Shown here piece by piece: positions 16,980 to 31,300 of a stretch of 64,000 bases of DNA; within the stretch, counting starts at the first letter, position 1; the number at the start of each line of letters is the position of its first letter. The stretch comes from the human T2T-CHM13v2.0 reference genome, Homo sapiens. The notes beneath the pieces were generated by a model. It ran no database searches. It was not told the DNA's origin and saw nothing but the letters and a program-made list of their open reading frames with translations. The position numbers and the translations under genes were made by a program. The DNA lies in assembly GCF_009914755.1 (NCBI RefSeq), contig NC_060925.1; one strand, written 5' to 3'.

Positions 16980-19900
16980 TTTTAGGTTTTTAAATTGGCA
17001 CATAATATTTTACATATTTATGGGGTACATGTGAGTATTTGTTACATGCAGTGAATGTATAATGATCAAATCAGCGTATTTAGGGTATCTATCACCTTCA
17101 GTATTTATCATTTCTATGTGTTGGAAACATTTCAAGTCCTCTCTTCTAGCTACTTTGAAATTTACAATACGTTGTTACTAGCTGCAGTCACCCTAACCTG
17201 CTGTGGACCATGAGAATTTATAACTTCTAACTGTATGTTTGTACCCATTGACCAACTTCTCTTCATCACCACCCTCCTACCCACACACCATTCCTAGGCT
17301 TTCGTGTCTACCGTTCTGTTCTCTACCTCGATGAAATCAACTTTTGTAGCTCCCACATATGAGAGAGGACATGTAAAATTTTTCTTTTTGTGTCTGGCTT
17401 ATTTCACTTAATGACCTCCAGTTCCATCCATGTTGCTTCAAATGATGGGATTTCATTCTTTTTATGGTCAAACAGTATTCCATTGTGTTTACATACCACA
17501 TTTACTTTGTACATTTGTCAGTTGATGGCCACTTAGGTGAATTCCATATCTTAGCTATTTTGAAGAGTGTTGCAATAAACATGAAAGTGTAGATATCTCT
17601 TCAATATATTGATTTCCTTTCTTTTGAACATATACCCAACAGCAGAATTGCTGGATCATATGGTAGTTCTATTTTTAGCTTTTGAGAAATGTCATACTGT
17701 TTTCTATAGCAACTGTACTAATTTACGTTCCCACCAATATTGTATAAGAGTTCCCTTTTCTTGGCATCTTCTGTTATTTATTAATTTTAGTAATAGCCAT
17801 TCTAACCAGGGTAAGATGATATATCTCATTGTGGTTTTGATTTGAATTTCCCTGATGATTAGTGATATTAAGCATTTTTTCATGTATGGTTGGTCATTTG
17901 TATATCTTCTTTTGAAAAATGTCTATTCTTGTCCTTTGCCCACTTTTTAATTGGATTTTTATTTTTACTGTTGAGGTGAGTTCCTTGTATATTCTGGATA
18001 TTAGTCCCTTGTGGGATGAATAGTTTGCAAATATATACTCCCATTCAATGTGTTGTTTCTCAACTTTTGATTGTTTCCTTTGCTGTGAAGAAGCTATTTA
18101 GTTTAATAGAGTTCAATTTATCTGTTTGTTTTTATCTATGCTTTTGCGATCTTCATTATACATAAATCTTTGCCTGCATCAGTACTCTGAAGGGTTTTCC
18201 CTACGTTTTCTTCTAGTTATTTCATAGTTTTGGGTCTTACATTCAAGTCTTTGATCCATCTTGAGTTGATTTTTTTATATGGTGAGAGATAGAAGCCCAC
18301 TTTTATTCTTCTGCATATGGACATCCAATTTTCCCAGTACCACTTATTGAAGAAGGTATCCTTTTCCCAATGCATGTTCTTAGTGCCTTTGTCTAAAATC
18401 AGTTGACTGTGAATAAATGAATGCATTTCTGAATTCTCTATTCTGTTTCACTGGCCTGTGTGTCTGTTTTTATACTAATACCATGCTATTTTGGTTATGA
18501 TAGCCCTGTAACACATTTTGAAGTCAGGTCAGGTGATGCCTCTAGCTTTGTTGTTTGTGCTCAAGATTGCTTTGGCTATTCAAGCTCTTTTTTGGTTCCA
18601 TACAAATTTTTGGATTGCTTTTTCTAATTCTGTGAAATATGACATTGATATTTGAATGGAGATTGCATTGGATCTATAGATCACTTTGGGCAATATGGTA
18701 ATTTTAATGATATGAATATGGTAATTAATTTTAAACGATATGACTAATATTCACTTTTAGTAATATGTTAATGATATTAATTATTTTAAGAACATGAAAA
18801 TATTAATGTGATTAATTATTTAATGATAATTAATTGTTTAATTTATGAACGAGACATCTTTTCATTTGTTGTGTCCTCTTAAATTTCTTTCATCAATGTT
18901 TTATAGTTTTTCTTGCAAAGCTCTTTCACCTCCTTTGTTAAATTTATTCCTAGTTTTTTTTCAGTTATTGTAAATGGGATTGCCTTCTTTATTAAAGAAA
19001 TAAAGAATTCACTAGGTCACTATTCATGTATAAAAATGCCATTGATTTTTGTGTGTTGATTTTGTATCTTACAACTTTACTAAATTTATTTGTAGATTTA
19101 AGAGGTTTTTTTTGGTGGAGTCTTTAGGTTTTTCTAGATGTAAGATTATATCATCAGCAAAGAGTGACAATTTGATTTATTCTTGTCCAGTTTGAGTATC
19201 TTAGTTTTCTCTTGTTTGATTGCTCTGGCTGCGACTTCTATTACTACATCAAATAAGAACGGTGAAAGGGAGAATCCTTGTCTTGTTCCAGTTCTTAGAT
19301 AAAAGGCTTTCAGGTTTTCCCCATTCAGTACAATGTTAGCTGTGGGTTTGTCATAAGTGGCCTATATTATGCTCAGGTATGATCTTTCTTTGCCTAGTTT
19401 CTTGAGACTTTTTTTATCATGGGGGAATATTGCAAAATAATTTTTCTTCATCTATTGAGATGATCATATTGTTTTTGTCCTTTTTTTTTTTTGATGTGCT
19501 GTTGGTTTTGGTTTGCTAGTATTTTGTTTAGAATTTTTGTATCTGTGTTCATCAGGAGCATTTTACTGTAGTTTTCTTTTTTGTTGCATCCTTGTCTGGT
19601 TTTAGTATTAGGGTAATGCTGCCTCATACAATGAGTTAGAGAAAATTTTCTCTTTTAATTTTTTTGAAATAATTTGAGGAAATTGATGTTAGTTCCTTTT
19701 TGAAAGTTTGGTGGTATTTTTCAGTGAAGCCATCCAATTCTGGGATTTTCTTTGTTAGGAGGCCTGTTATTGTTGATCCAATCTCATTACTCATTATAAG
19801 TGTGTTCAAGTTTTTTATTTCTTCCTGATTCAAGTCTTGGTAGGTGATATGAGTCTAGAAATTTATTCATTTCCTCTAGGTTTCCTATTTGTTAGTGTGT

Positions 19901-22900
19901 ATTGCTCATAATAGTCTCCAATAATCTTTTCTAATTCTGTGGTATCAGTTGTAATGTCTCCTTTTTCATTTCTGATTTTATTTATTTGGGTCTTCTCTCT
20001 TTTTCTCTTGGTTAGTCCATCTAGCAGTTTATTGATTTTGTTTATCTATTAAAAACATTTCATTTCATTGATTTTTTGTTTTTTAGGTCTCTATTTCATT
20101 TAGTTCTGCTTTGATCTTTATTATTTCTTCTACTAATTTTGAATTTGTTTTGTTCTTGTTTTTCTAGTTCATTGAAGTAAATCATTAGATTGTTTATTTA
20201 AAATCTACTTTTTTCTATATGTGTTTATTTCTATAAAATTCCCTCTTAGCACTGCTTTTGCTGTCTCCCACAAGTCTTGGTATGTTGTGTTTCCATTTTA
20301 TTTCTTTCAATAAATCTTATTTCCTCCACAATTCCTTTCTTGATCAAATGGCCTTTGAGGAGTGATATGGTTTGACTCTGACCACACCCAAATCTCATCT
20401 TAAATTGTAGTTCCCATAATTCCCACACGTCATGGGAGAAACATGGTGAGAGGTAATTGAATCATGGGAGCAGGTCTTTCTCATACTCTTCTCATAATAG
20501 TGAATAAGTCTTACGAGATCTGATGTTTTTAAAAGTGGAAGTTGTCCTGCACAAGTTTTCTCTCTTGTCTGCTGTCATGTAAGACATGCCTTTCACTTTC
20601 TGCCTCCTCAGCCACGTGGAACTATGAGTCCACTAAACTTCTTTTTCTTTATAATTAACCAGTCTCAGGCAGTCTTTATTAGCAGTGCAAGAAAAGACTA
20701 ACAGTAAATTGGTACCAGGAGTAGGGTGCTGCTGTATAGATACCTAAAAATGTAAAAGCAACTTTGGAACTGGGTAACAGGCAGAGGTTGGAACAGTTTG
20801 GAGGGCTTAGAAGAAGACAGGAAAATGTGGGAAAGTTTGGAACTACCTAGAAACATATTGACTGGCTTTTACCAAAATTCTTATAATGATATGGACAATG
20901 AAATCCAGGCTGTGGTGGTCTCAGATGGAGATGAGAAACCTGTTGGGAACTGGAGTAAAGGTGATTCTTGTTATATTTTAGCAAAGAGACTTGCATCATT
21001 ATGCCCCTGCCCCAGAGATTTGTGGAACTTTGAACTTGAGGGAGATGATTTAGGGTATCTCGTGGAAGAAATTTCTAAGCAGCAAAGCATTCAAGAGGTG
21101 ACTTTGGTGCTGTTAAAAGCATTTAGTTTTAAAAGGGAAGCAACATAAAAGTTCAGAAAATTTGCAGTCTGACAATGCAATAGAAAAGAAACTTCCATTT
21201 TCTGAGGAGAAATTCAAGCCAGCTGGAGAAGTTTTCTTAAGTAACAAGGAGCCAAATGTTAATTGCCAAGACAGTGGGGAAGATGTCTCCAGGACATGTT
21301 AGAGACCTTTGCAGCAGCCCCTCCCACCACAGGCCAGGAGGCTTAGGAGGAAAAAGGGGTTTCCTGGGCCAGCTCCAGGGACCCCTGTTATGCACAGTCT
21401 ATTGGTGCCCTGAGTCCCAGCCACCCTAGCCATGGTTAAAAGGGACCAAGGTACAGCTCAGGTCATAGCTTCAGATGGTGCAATCCCCATACCTTGGCAG
21501 CTGCCATGTGGTGTCGAGCCTGCAGGTGAACAGAAGTCAAGAATCGAGGCTTGGGAACCTCTGCCTAGATTTCACAGGATGTACAGAAACACCTGGATAT
21601 CCAGGCAGAAGTTTGCTGCAGGGGTGGGGCCTTCACAGAGAACCTCTGCTTGGGCAGTGTGGCAGGAAAATGCGTGGTTGAAGCCCCCACACAAAGTCCT
21701 TACTGGGACACTGGCTAGTGGAGCTATGAGAAGAGGGACACTGTCCTCCAGACCTCAGAATGGTAGATCTACCAACAGCTTGCACTGAGCACCTGGAAAA
21801 GCCACAGACCTTCAACACCAGCACGTGAAAACAGCTAGAAGGGAGGTTGTACCTTGCAAAGCCACAGGGGTGGAGCTGCCCAAGATCATGGGAACCCACC
21901 TCTTGCATCAGTGTGACCTGGATGTGAGACATTGAGTCAAAGTAGATCATTTTGGAGCTTTAAGATTTGACTGCCCCATGGGATTTCAGACTTGCATGGG
22001 GCCTGTAGCCCCTTCATTTTGGCCAATTTATCCTATTTAGAATGAGTGTATTTACCCAATGCTTGCAACCCCATTGTACCTAGGAAGTAACTAACTTGCT
22101 TTTGATTATACAGGCTCACAGGCAAAGGGGACTTGGCTTGGCTCAGATGAGATTTTAAGCTGTGGACTTTTGAGTTAATGCTGAAATGAGTTAAGACTTT
22201 GTGGAGCTGTTGGGAAGGCATGATTGGTTTTGAAATGTGAGAACATGAGATTTGGGAGGGTCCAGGGGCAGAATGATATGGTTTGACTCTGACCCTACCC
22301 AAATCTTAGCTTAAATTATAGCTCCCATAATTCCCATGTGTCATGGGAGAAACCCAGTGGGAGGTAATTGAATCATGGGGGTGGGTCTTTCCCATGCTGT
22401 TCTTGTGATAGTGAATAAGTCTCATGAGATCTGATGGTTTTATAAATGGGAGTTTGCCTGCACAAGTTTTCTGTCTTGCTTGCTGCCATGTAAGACATGC
22501 CTTTCATTTTCTGCCATGATTGTGAGGCCTCCCCAGCCACATGGAACTGTGAGTCTATTAAACCTCTTTTTCTTTATAAATTACCCAGTCTCAGGTATGC
22601 CTTTATTAGCAGAGTGAGAACATACTAACACAAGGAGCATGTTGCTTAAATTACATGTATTTGTACAGTTTCCAAAGTTCCTCTTGATTTCTAGTTTTAT
22701 TCCACTGTAGTCTCAGAAGACATTTGATATGATTTCAGTATTATTCAATTTGTTGAGACTTGTTTTGTGTCCTAACATATGATCTATTTTGGAGAATGTT
22801 TCTTGTGCTGATAAATGGAATGTGTATTCTGTAGTTGTTGGATGAAATGCTTTGTAAATGCCTTTTCGGTTCATTTGGTTAAATATGCAACTTAAATTCA

Positions 22901-25900
22901 TTTTTTATTTTTACTTTTCCTTCTGGATGATCTATCTAATGATGAAAGTAGGGCGTTGAAGTCTCCAACTACTATTGTATTGGAGTCTCTCTCTCTCTTT
23001 AGATGTAATAATATTTTTTGTATATGGATGCTCTGATGTTGGTGCATATATGTTTATAATTTTTATATCCCATTGCTGAATTTCTCTGTTGTTATTATAT
23101 AATGACCTTCTTTGTCTCTTTTTACTGTTTTTGACTTAAAGTCTGTTTTGTCTGATATAAGTATAGTTTTTTCCTGCTCACTTTGGTTTCCATTTGCCAT
23201 AGAGTATATTTTTCTATTCCCTTACTTTCAGTCTACACGCTTCTTTCCTGGTAAGATAATTTTCATAGGCAGCATATCATTGGGTCATATTGTTTATTCT
23301 ACTCAGCTAGTCTATATCTTTTAAGTGGGAAGTTCAATGTATTTACATTTAAGTTTATTATGGATAGATGAGGGCATATTCCTGTAATTTTATTAATTGA
23401 TTTCTGGTTGTTTTGTATATTCTTTGTTTCTTTCTTTCTCTCTTGTTGTTTATTATTGTGGTTTGCTGGAATTTTGTAGTGGTAACATTTGAATATTTTC
23501 TCTTCCTTATTTGTTTGCTAAATCAGTGGTTTTTACATTTTCATGTATTTTAGTGACAGTAATCTTTCTTTTGCTACCAGGCATAGGACTCCCATAGGAC
23601 TCCCTTAAGCATTTCTTGTGGGATCAGTCTAAAGGTGATAAATTTGCTTATTTGGAGAGGACTCTATTTCTCCTTTATATATGAAGGATAACTTTGTTAG
23701 GCATAAAATCCTTGGTTAGTAGGTTTTTTTTTTCAGCACTTTGAATACATCATACTATTATCTCATGGTCTGTATGGTTTCTGCTGAGAAATATGCTGTT
23801 AGTCTGATCAAAGTTCCTTTATAAGTGACTAGATGCTTTTCTCTTGCTGTTCTTAGAATTTTGTCTTTTTCTTTGACTTTTGACATTTTGAGTACAACGT
23901 GCCATGGAGACCTTCTTAAATTGTATCTATTTGTGAATCTTTGAGACTCCTGTATCTTGATGTTCCCAAATAACTTGCTAGACTTGGGAAGTTTTTAATC
24001 TATTATTTCATTAAATAGGTTTCTAAACCTTTTGTTTTCTTCTTGTCTTCTGAGATACCACAAATTTGAGTACTTGGTCACTTTCTGGTTCCCCATATGT
24101 CAGATAGGCTTTGTAATTCTTTTTTATTCTTTTAAAAAATTTTTGCCTGAGTTATTTCAAAAGGCCCATTTTTAAGTTTTGAGATTTTTTGTCTGCTTGA
24201 TCTAGTCTATTGCTGAAGATTTCAAATGTATTTTGTATTTTATTTAATGAATTCTTCAATTTTAGAATTTCTGTTAGGTTCTTTTTTATGTTATCTATGA
24301 CTTCAGTAATTTTAAAATTCACATCCTGATTTTTTTCTGATTTTTTATATTGTTTTCAGTCATCTCTTTTATCTCACTGAGATTCTTGAGTATCAATATT
24401 TTAAATTCTTTTTTGGGGATTTGGCAAATTTCTTTTTGATTTGGATCTCTTGCTGGAGAATTTTTATGTTCCTTCAAAGGTGTTGTATTAATTTCATGTT
24501 TCCTGTGTTCTTCCATTGATATCTGCACATCTGGTGCAATAGTTGCTTTTTCCAATTTTTTGAATTTGTTCTCATGGGTGTGGAATTTTTCCTGAAGATA
24601 TATCTATGGTATTGGTTGGTTAGGGCACTGTGGCTTGGATCATGGGTGCATACAGTGGTGTAGTGTCTCTATGACTTATTTAGCTGTACAATGTCAGTGG
24701 TTTCTGTGATTTCCTCAGTGGCTTATGGTGTAGTAGTTAGTAGAGGCTGTGGTGAAGTTTGGGTAGGAACTGGAATGCCAGGTGAGCTAGTCTTTGGGCC
24801 TGGGTGGTGATGGCAGTGGGATAATCATGCCTGTTCATGGCCCCATGGTGACGTACGCTGGCACTGATTTTAACTTGTGCAAGCAGGCTGATTCTTGGGG
24901 CTCCAGGTGACTTGCTTGGGTACCAGCAGTGGCAGGGAGGGTGGGCAGGTTCTTAAGCACCTGGGCGTCAGGCGTGGCATGGGCAATGACAGTAATAGTG
25001 GCAGGACAACCCTCTGGGACCCAAGCAGTCCACGGTGATGTTGGCAGTTGCTGCAATGCGCTGTACAGGCCTGCAGGTGGCACATTCATGTGATGCTATC
25101 TGTTGTAGCTGCAGGTTGAGTGGGCTTGACCTCAGACCCCAACAGTAGTGTGCTCAGGTGCCAAACACTGTTAGGCTGGGCTGGGTGATTTCCAGGCCTC
25201 AAACGGTGTGCCGAGTACTGGAGTTGGTGGATCTGGGCTGGGCAGTCTCCCCAGTGGTGCATTCAGGTATTGGCTTTTGTAGGGAGAGACAGGGTGATCC
25301 CTAGGCCCCCAGAAGAATGCTTAGATGGGGCAGCAGTGACTGCACTGTGGCCCTACTACTGAGGAGGGTGGAGTTGCTTTCAGTGGAAGCAACCTTAGGC
25401 ATGTTGCTGGGGACTGTGCATATTGCTTGTGCCTCAACCTTGCACCAGCCTGCAATGGAGGCAGCTGCGAGCTGTGGAATTTTTCCTTGGGGCACTTAAA
25501 AGTGTGCAGCCATCCCTCCGCAGGTGAGATGCAGGGGTCTCTGCCCATGGTTCCCACCTTGATCCCAGGAGTAGCAGCGGTAGGTACAGAATGTCAGTGG
25601 GGCTTCAGGGATGTGGAGATGCAGAAGCTGTTAAGCCCTAGGGCAGGACAGAGACTGGTGGAGGCTGGGCTCTCAAAATGATGCTGTATTGCAGCTGCAC
25701 AAGACTCTGGGGGTTGTGGGACCCAGCATGAGCTCCCTCTAGAGCAGTGCCTTTGTGTAGTCCCCAGGAAGTTCCCTATGTAAGTTTCGAACCTTACTAG
25801 GGTTGAGCTCCTTTCCTATGGCTAGAGTTGTAGGAGTCTTGGGTGAAAATGAGGACCACTGGGGGGCTTTTCGCTTACTCTTTCCCCACATTAGGGAACC

Positions 25901-26105
25901 TCTTCAGGCTGCCAGCAGATCCCAGCTGAACAGGCTACATTGCTTCCCTCTCTTTCCTTGCTTCTGGTGCTTCCTATAACTGTTCTGTTGAATTCTAGTG
26001 TTCTCAAATGAGCTATTCAAAGTAATTATATACTCACTAATTTGGTTCCTCTCCGTGGAAGAGGTGAATACCAGATGCATCTAGTCAGCCATCTTGAAGC
26101 CCCTC
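16980..26105 (-). mobile_element. Old full-length L1MA3-like LINE-1, interrupted by THE1
   Basis: L1MA3-type 3' end near 17000, ORF2 remnants (18217-18426, 19636-19833, 22713-22901), ORF1 remnant (24319-24555), GC-rich 5'UTR (24700-26100) ending in the reverse complement of cttcaagatggctgact. Confidence 0.88.
20363..22632 (+). mobile_element. Complete THE1 (ERVL-MaLR) element: 5' LTR 20363-20703, internal 20704-22273, 3' LTR 22274-22632
   Basis: Two homologous LTRs starting tgatatggtttgactctgacc, THE1 internal sequence starting gtaaattggtacc with ORF relics (20798-21148), and a perfect 5-bp TSD aggag (20358-20362 and 22633-22637). Confidence 0.95.
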
Positions 26106-26347
26106 TTCTATTTCAATCCTTTCCAATTTTTCAAAACCGAAAATACATTTTTTTTCTTTATACAACAGATGGTTCATGTAGCCTCTTAAAGAACATATCT
26201 CCCTTATAAAAGCCATGCTGCTTTTCTCCTACAGGTGATGACAATGCTTCTACACTTTATTATAGAGGCCAATATTTACCCCATCCACTGCCACACACAA
26301 TATATCTTCTTTCCCATTTAGCTTTTGGTTTACATGCTTGAATTGAC

Positions 26348-26580
26348 TGTGACAATTCTCTGTGGGCCTCTTACATTTCTGTACATCTTGTGAGGACAGG
26401 CACTGATGATCCATTGATCTATATGATTTCAAAGATATTTGTATAGGGAACAGCCTTGAAACACAGAGACAGAGACAGTGTCTCCCTGTGGAGCAAAGAG
26501 CAGGCAGGCATACTGCATATTATAGCAGATTTAGTCTCCCTAAGCCCAGGATTGCACATTTCTAATATAACTCACTGTAC
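26348..26580 (+). mobile_element. MER54-like ERVL LTR fragment
   Basis: aattctctgtgggcctcttacatttctgtacatcttg...gaacagccttg...agtgtctccctgtggagcaaag resembles MER54 (from memory). Confidence 0.5.
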
Positions 26581-26983
26581 TTCCCATATTCAAGTAAAAT
26601 ACTGCAGATTTACATTTTCCAGAAGGGTTTGAAAGTTGGAGAAGAAGTGCAGTGTAGACAATGAGGAGATTAAGAAAATTCTACAAACCATGCGGAGAGA
26701 CTTTCCTCCAGTCTCCTTTTCCTTCTTTGACTCCCACAATTCTGGCAACAAGGTTTACAACCACCAGAAAGAACATTAAAGGAATTCTTCCTAGGGAAAA
26801 GAAGAATTCTGAGAGAATAAACTTATAGATACTGACGTCTGGGTGCTTCCTAATGAAAACTACTTGCCATTGTATTGCTGTCAATACAAGAAACACACCC
26901 AGAACTTTCAATTGGCTTATTAGAGCTTTTTTATTAGATATGAATGGACAGCCAAGGTGGTTTCTAACATTAAAAGCCACACT

Positions 26984-27255
26984 ACATCTGTAATCCCAGC
27001 AGTTTGGGAGGCTGAGGCGAGTGGGTCACTAGGTCAGGAGTTCAAGACCAGCCTGGCCAAGATGGTGAAATCCCATCTCTAATAAAAATACAAAAAATTA
27101 GCCGGGTGAGGTGGCAGGTGCCCGTAATCCCAGCTACTCAGGAGGCTGAAGCAGGAGAATCGCTTGAATCCAGGAGACGGAGGTTGTATTGAGCAGAGAT
27201 CATGCCACTGCACTCTAGCATGGGTGACAGAGCAAGACTCCATCTCCAAAAAAAA
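26984..27255 (+). mobile_element. AluS (Sg-like), missing ~18 nt at the 5' end
   Basis: Alu dimer plus poly(A), with a perfect 12-bp TSD aaaagccacact (26972-26983 and 27256-27267). Confidence 0.93.
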
Positions 27256-27339
27256 AAAAGCCACACTGGAACAAGCAAACAGAAAAAATTTAAAAGTTGG
27301 AAAAAAATAGAGATAATGCATTAAAGAGGAAATAATTTA

Positions 27340-27570
27340 ATATTTATATATGTGTTAATATGCACATACATATGATTTAAATGCATGTAAATATGCATAT
27401 ATGTATATGTGCATATATGTGTATACATGTACATGAATATACATATATTCAAATTAAGTATGTATTATATATAAATATGTAAATATAAATATATAAGTAT
27501 ACATATATGTATATTGAAATACATGTATGTGTGTGTATATATACATAGGATGTGTATGCACACATGTTTA
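27340..27570. repeat. Degenerate (TA/TG/CA)n low-complexity tract
   Basis: Alternating tatatgtgtatacat-type sequence. Confidence 0.85.
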
Positions 27571-30500
27571 ATATCCTCAATGAGATGAAAGAACTGAGTG
27601 TGTCCGTGAAATAAAAACAGGCTTCTACAAAAAGAAAACTTTGGAAAATAAGACAATTTCTTTCAATGATACATTAACAAATTGGAAGATAATTTTGAGG
27701 AAGCCTTCTAGAAAATGTAATAAAAAGATTAAAAAGTTAGGAAATAAGAGACAAAACAATGTGAAGATTGATAGAAGAGGTAGAATGTCCAACAAATATG
27801 AGTTCCAAACAGAAAAATAGAGGAAGAACAGCATCAAGGAAAACAGTATTTCAAAATACTTGAAAAATATAAATTGCCAGATTGAGTAACTAACATAGCA
27901 AGAAAGAAAATAAGAAAGGAACACACATTGAAGAGTACCATCATGTCACATCAAAATTCTAGGGATAAAGAAAAATGCTAAGAGTTTCCAGACAAAGAAA
28001 GGGAGAAAAACACATCGTGTTAAAAGACTGAGACTTTAAATGAAATTAGACTTTTCAACAATTACACTAGAATTTGGTAAACAATGAAACAATGCCTTCA
28101 AAATTGTGATATAAAATTATTTCTAAAATAGATTAATACATCCAACAAAATACAACATATGTGGATACAATAAACATATTTTTAGAGAAGTGGACGTTTC
28201 AAAAAATTTACATCCCATGTTCTTGTTCTCAGATAGTTATTGAAGAGGTTCTCCATCAAAATGAGGGATCTAGGAAGCAGGGAAACTAACACAGGTGAGA
28301 GACAAGAAAATCCCAGCATTTTGGTGAGGAAAAGCTCCAGCACTATAATCATGCAGCAGTCCTAAAGAACAATCAAATTCAGATTTCAGGAGAGTAAAGA
28401 ACTTCAGAATGGTGGTATTAGGCCAAAAAGAAACAAAATAACTAGAAGGCTAAATAAATAACTAAATAAATATGACCTGGGGAGATTATCTCATGTATTT
28501 GACTGTATCTAACTGTATCTATAGAGAAAAGGCTTTATAGTTCTGATGGAGAGTTTGAGAATTGATTCAAGATACTCGAAAACTTAATAACAGAGTTCAA
28601 TTACAAAAAATTAGCAAGAAAAAAATTGCAAAGAAAGAGATAGGAACTTATAGTAAGCTGCATGGCTCAGTTGTGAAAAATATGTTCATATCATAATAAT
28701 GTATGTTCTGAAAATAGATTTAATTTTTACTGAAAGGATGACAGGAGAAGTATGTGGGTGTGTTTGTGTTCATGTACACAGAGATGGTGTTGTAAATGAG
28801 CTAGGAAGTCAAGAGAGAATGCCTAACATTTAGAAATCAAGAAATATCATTATGTGCATATTTTATACAATATAACAGAAACATAAAGATGCATAACATA
28901 AGAAACAGGTAAAAGAACTGAAAGTGGCTGCCTCCAAAAGGCAAGAATTATGTGTGAATAATAACTAACTTTTAAAATAATGTAGTGCTATTTCACATCT
29001 TAAATTCTATATTTGGATTATTTAGCAAAAATAAAATTAAACTGTAAAAATTAAGGATGAATGCTGGAGAAATAGAAATGGTGGATATCTAACTGCATAG
29101 TGTGCATAGTAAACAATGGAAACAAATTTTAAAAAACAATTAACCAAAAGGCTGGCTAAGAAACAAGTAGATATTAGGAAAACCTAGTAAATAAAAAATA
29201 TAAAATATGGTGTAAGTAATATTCAAAAATTTATTTAATTACAATAAATATGAATGGATTAAGCTAATTAATGGAAACACAGAGGCTCTCAGACTGAATT
29301 TTAATAATCTACCACTTCAATTTTTTAAAATGTATATTAAAATGACAAAAAGTTGGAAAATAAAGAGGCTGAAAATGGTATTCGAGCAGATGAAAACAAA
29401 AAGAAAATTGTTGTAATATTGCTCATAACAAACAAAATATTATTTAAAGTGAAAACAACTAAGGAACTTATGATGTTGATAAAATAATTCACCAGGAAGA
29501 TACTCCATTTATGAATGTATAAGGCCCTAACAACTTAGTTTTAAAATGTACTATGCAAAAACTGATAAAACTACTAAGATAAATTGACAAACACACAATC
29601 ATAGCTGGAGACAACATTTTTTTTTTGAAACTAACAAAACATTCAATGGTTTAGTAGGACTTAAAAGAGTTGTAGCAATAATTAACAGGCCTAATCTAAA
29701 GCTCAAACCTTCATAAAGAGAATGTTCACTCTTTTGATCCCAAAGGATGTCTCAATATTGATATTATGTAAATATTTTTTTCATGGACCACAATGCAATA
29801 AAATAAGAAATCAACCAAAAAAGAAGTAGCCAAACTCTTCTCCATTAACCTTCAAAGATCTATATACATCATAGATATTTAATAAACACGTGTATAGCAC
29901 TTACTATATGTTAACCATTATTCTAAGCACTTTGAAATATTTACTCATTCAGTCTTTAATACTGCTTGAGATAGGTAGTATTATTCCTCTCAGTATACAA
30001 ATAAAATTGAAGCACAGAGAGACTGAGCAATATATCTAAGGTTATGTAGTTAGTGAGTGGCAGAGAGAGACAAGTGCTCTTGACTCCTGTATTAAGCTTT
30101 TTCTCTTAACATAAGCATTTAAATAAACTATGAGTTAAAGAAGAAACAAAAATAAAATTTTAAAATATATACTATTACGGCTTCACAAAAAGACTACAAA
30201 ACTAATGACTTACATCCAAAGCAGTTCTCAGAACTGCTTTATATATTTACTGGAAAATAATAAATGAATATTTAAATTCAAAAAGTTTCCAAAAGAGTAG
30301 CAAATCTAGAGAAGGTAAAAACAAATAATTATGATGAATTTAAATGCAAAAATAAAGAAAACTAAAAAAATAGATATTTTATTTTTTAAGTTTGGATAGT
30401 TGAAGAGATTAATTAGAAATGAAACCCCTAACAGCCATGATCAACAAAAATCAAAGAGACACAAGAAACATTATCAAGTAGGATACAAGGACAGATACGG

Positions 30501-31300
30501 AGGAACAAAATACTTATAAAAGCACATTTTGAACAACTTTATACTAATTTATTTTTAAAAGGTATATAAAATGGGCAGATTTGGAGAAAAGGATATATTA
30601 CCATAATTAGACAAGAAATAGAAAATGTACTAGAATAAAAACCCCATAAAACAGGAAACGCTAGTAGTGAAAAACCTACTCTTTCCAAAAAACAAAGACA
30701 CAAAAAACAACATCATGCTCAGAGGATAGAAAGGTGTGAGATTTAGCCAGCATTTAAAGAGGCTGCTAATTGCAAACCTTTCATACCAAAAATAGCCAAG
30801 TTGGAAAAGATAATTATCGGCCAATAATGGATAGATGAAAAAATAGTAAACTGAATTCAGCAGTATATACAAAGATCAAGTAGGGGTTTCCGTTAAAACG
30901 TATGAATGAGCCAATATTTTAAAAATTTCTTAATGTAATTCACCCCTAACAACTTAGAGAATAAAAAGCATATGATTATGTCAATGAATGCAGAAAAGAA
31001 ACTAGCTGAAAATTTAACAGACCATTTATGATAAACTTGCAAACAAACCAGGAATAGAAGGGAACTTCCTTATATCTGCCAGAGATCTATAGCAAGCATC
31101 ATGTTTAATGGTTAATAAAACATGAAAAACATTTAAAGTCCGAAAAAAAGACAAAAATGTATCTATAAGTGTTAGTATTGAATATTATATTTCATAACCA
31201 AATGCAATGTGAAGAGAAATAAATGAGAGAGATAAAAATCAGAACAGAAAAGAGAAAACTGTCAAAATGTGCAGATGATGTAGTCGTCAATACATTTTTC
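27570..31300 (+). mobile_element. Highly decayed ancient L1 (L1M/L1ME-type) fragments, with a minus-strand MIR at ~29870-30090
   Basis: Strong A-rich strand bias with residual ORF1/ORF2 motifs (e.g. tatgattatgtcaatgaatgcagaaaag, aatgtgcagatgatg). Confidence 0.65.

Noticed and set aside
18700-18845. AT-rich quasi-repeat inside the L1MA3 (similar tract at 3565-3650)
   Set aside because: Ordinary slippage expansion of AT-rich L1 sequence.
20798-22302. ORFs of 68-118 aa
   Set aside because: They are broken THE1 internal ORF relics or antisense frames.
23582-23603. 11-bp tandem duplication cataggactcc
   Set aside because: A common neutral micro-duplication inside a dead L1.
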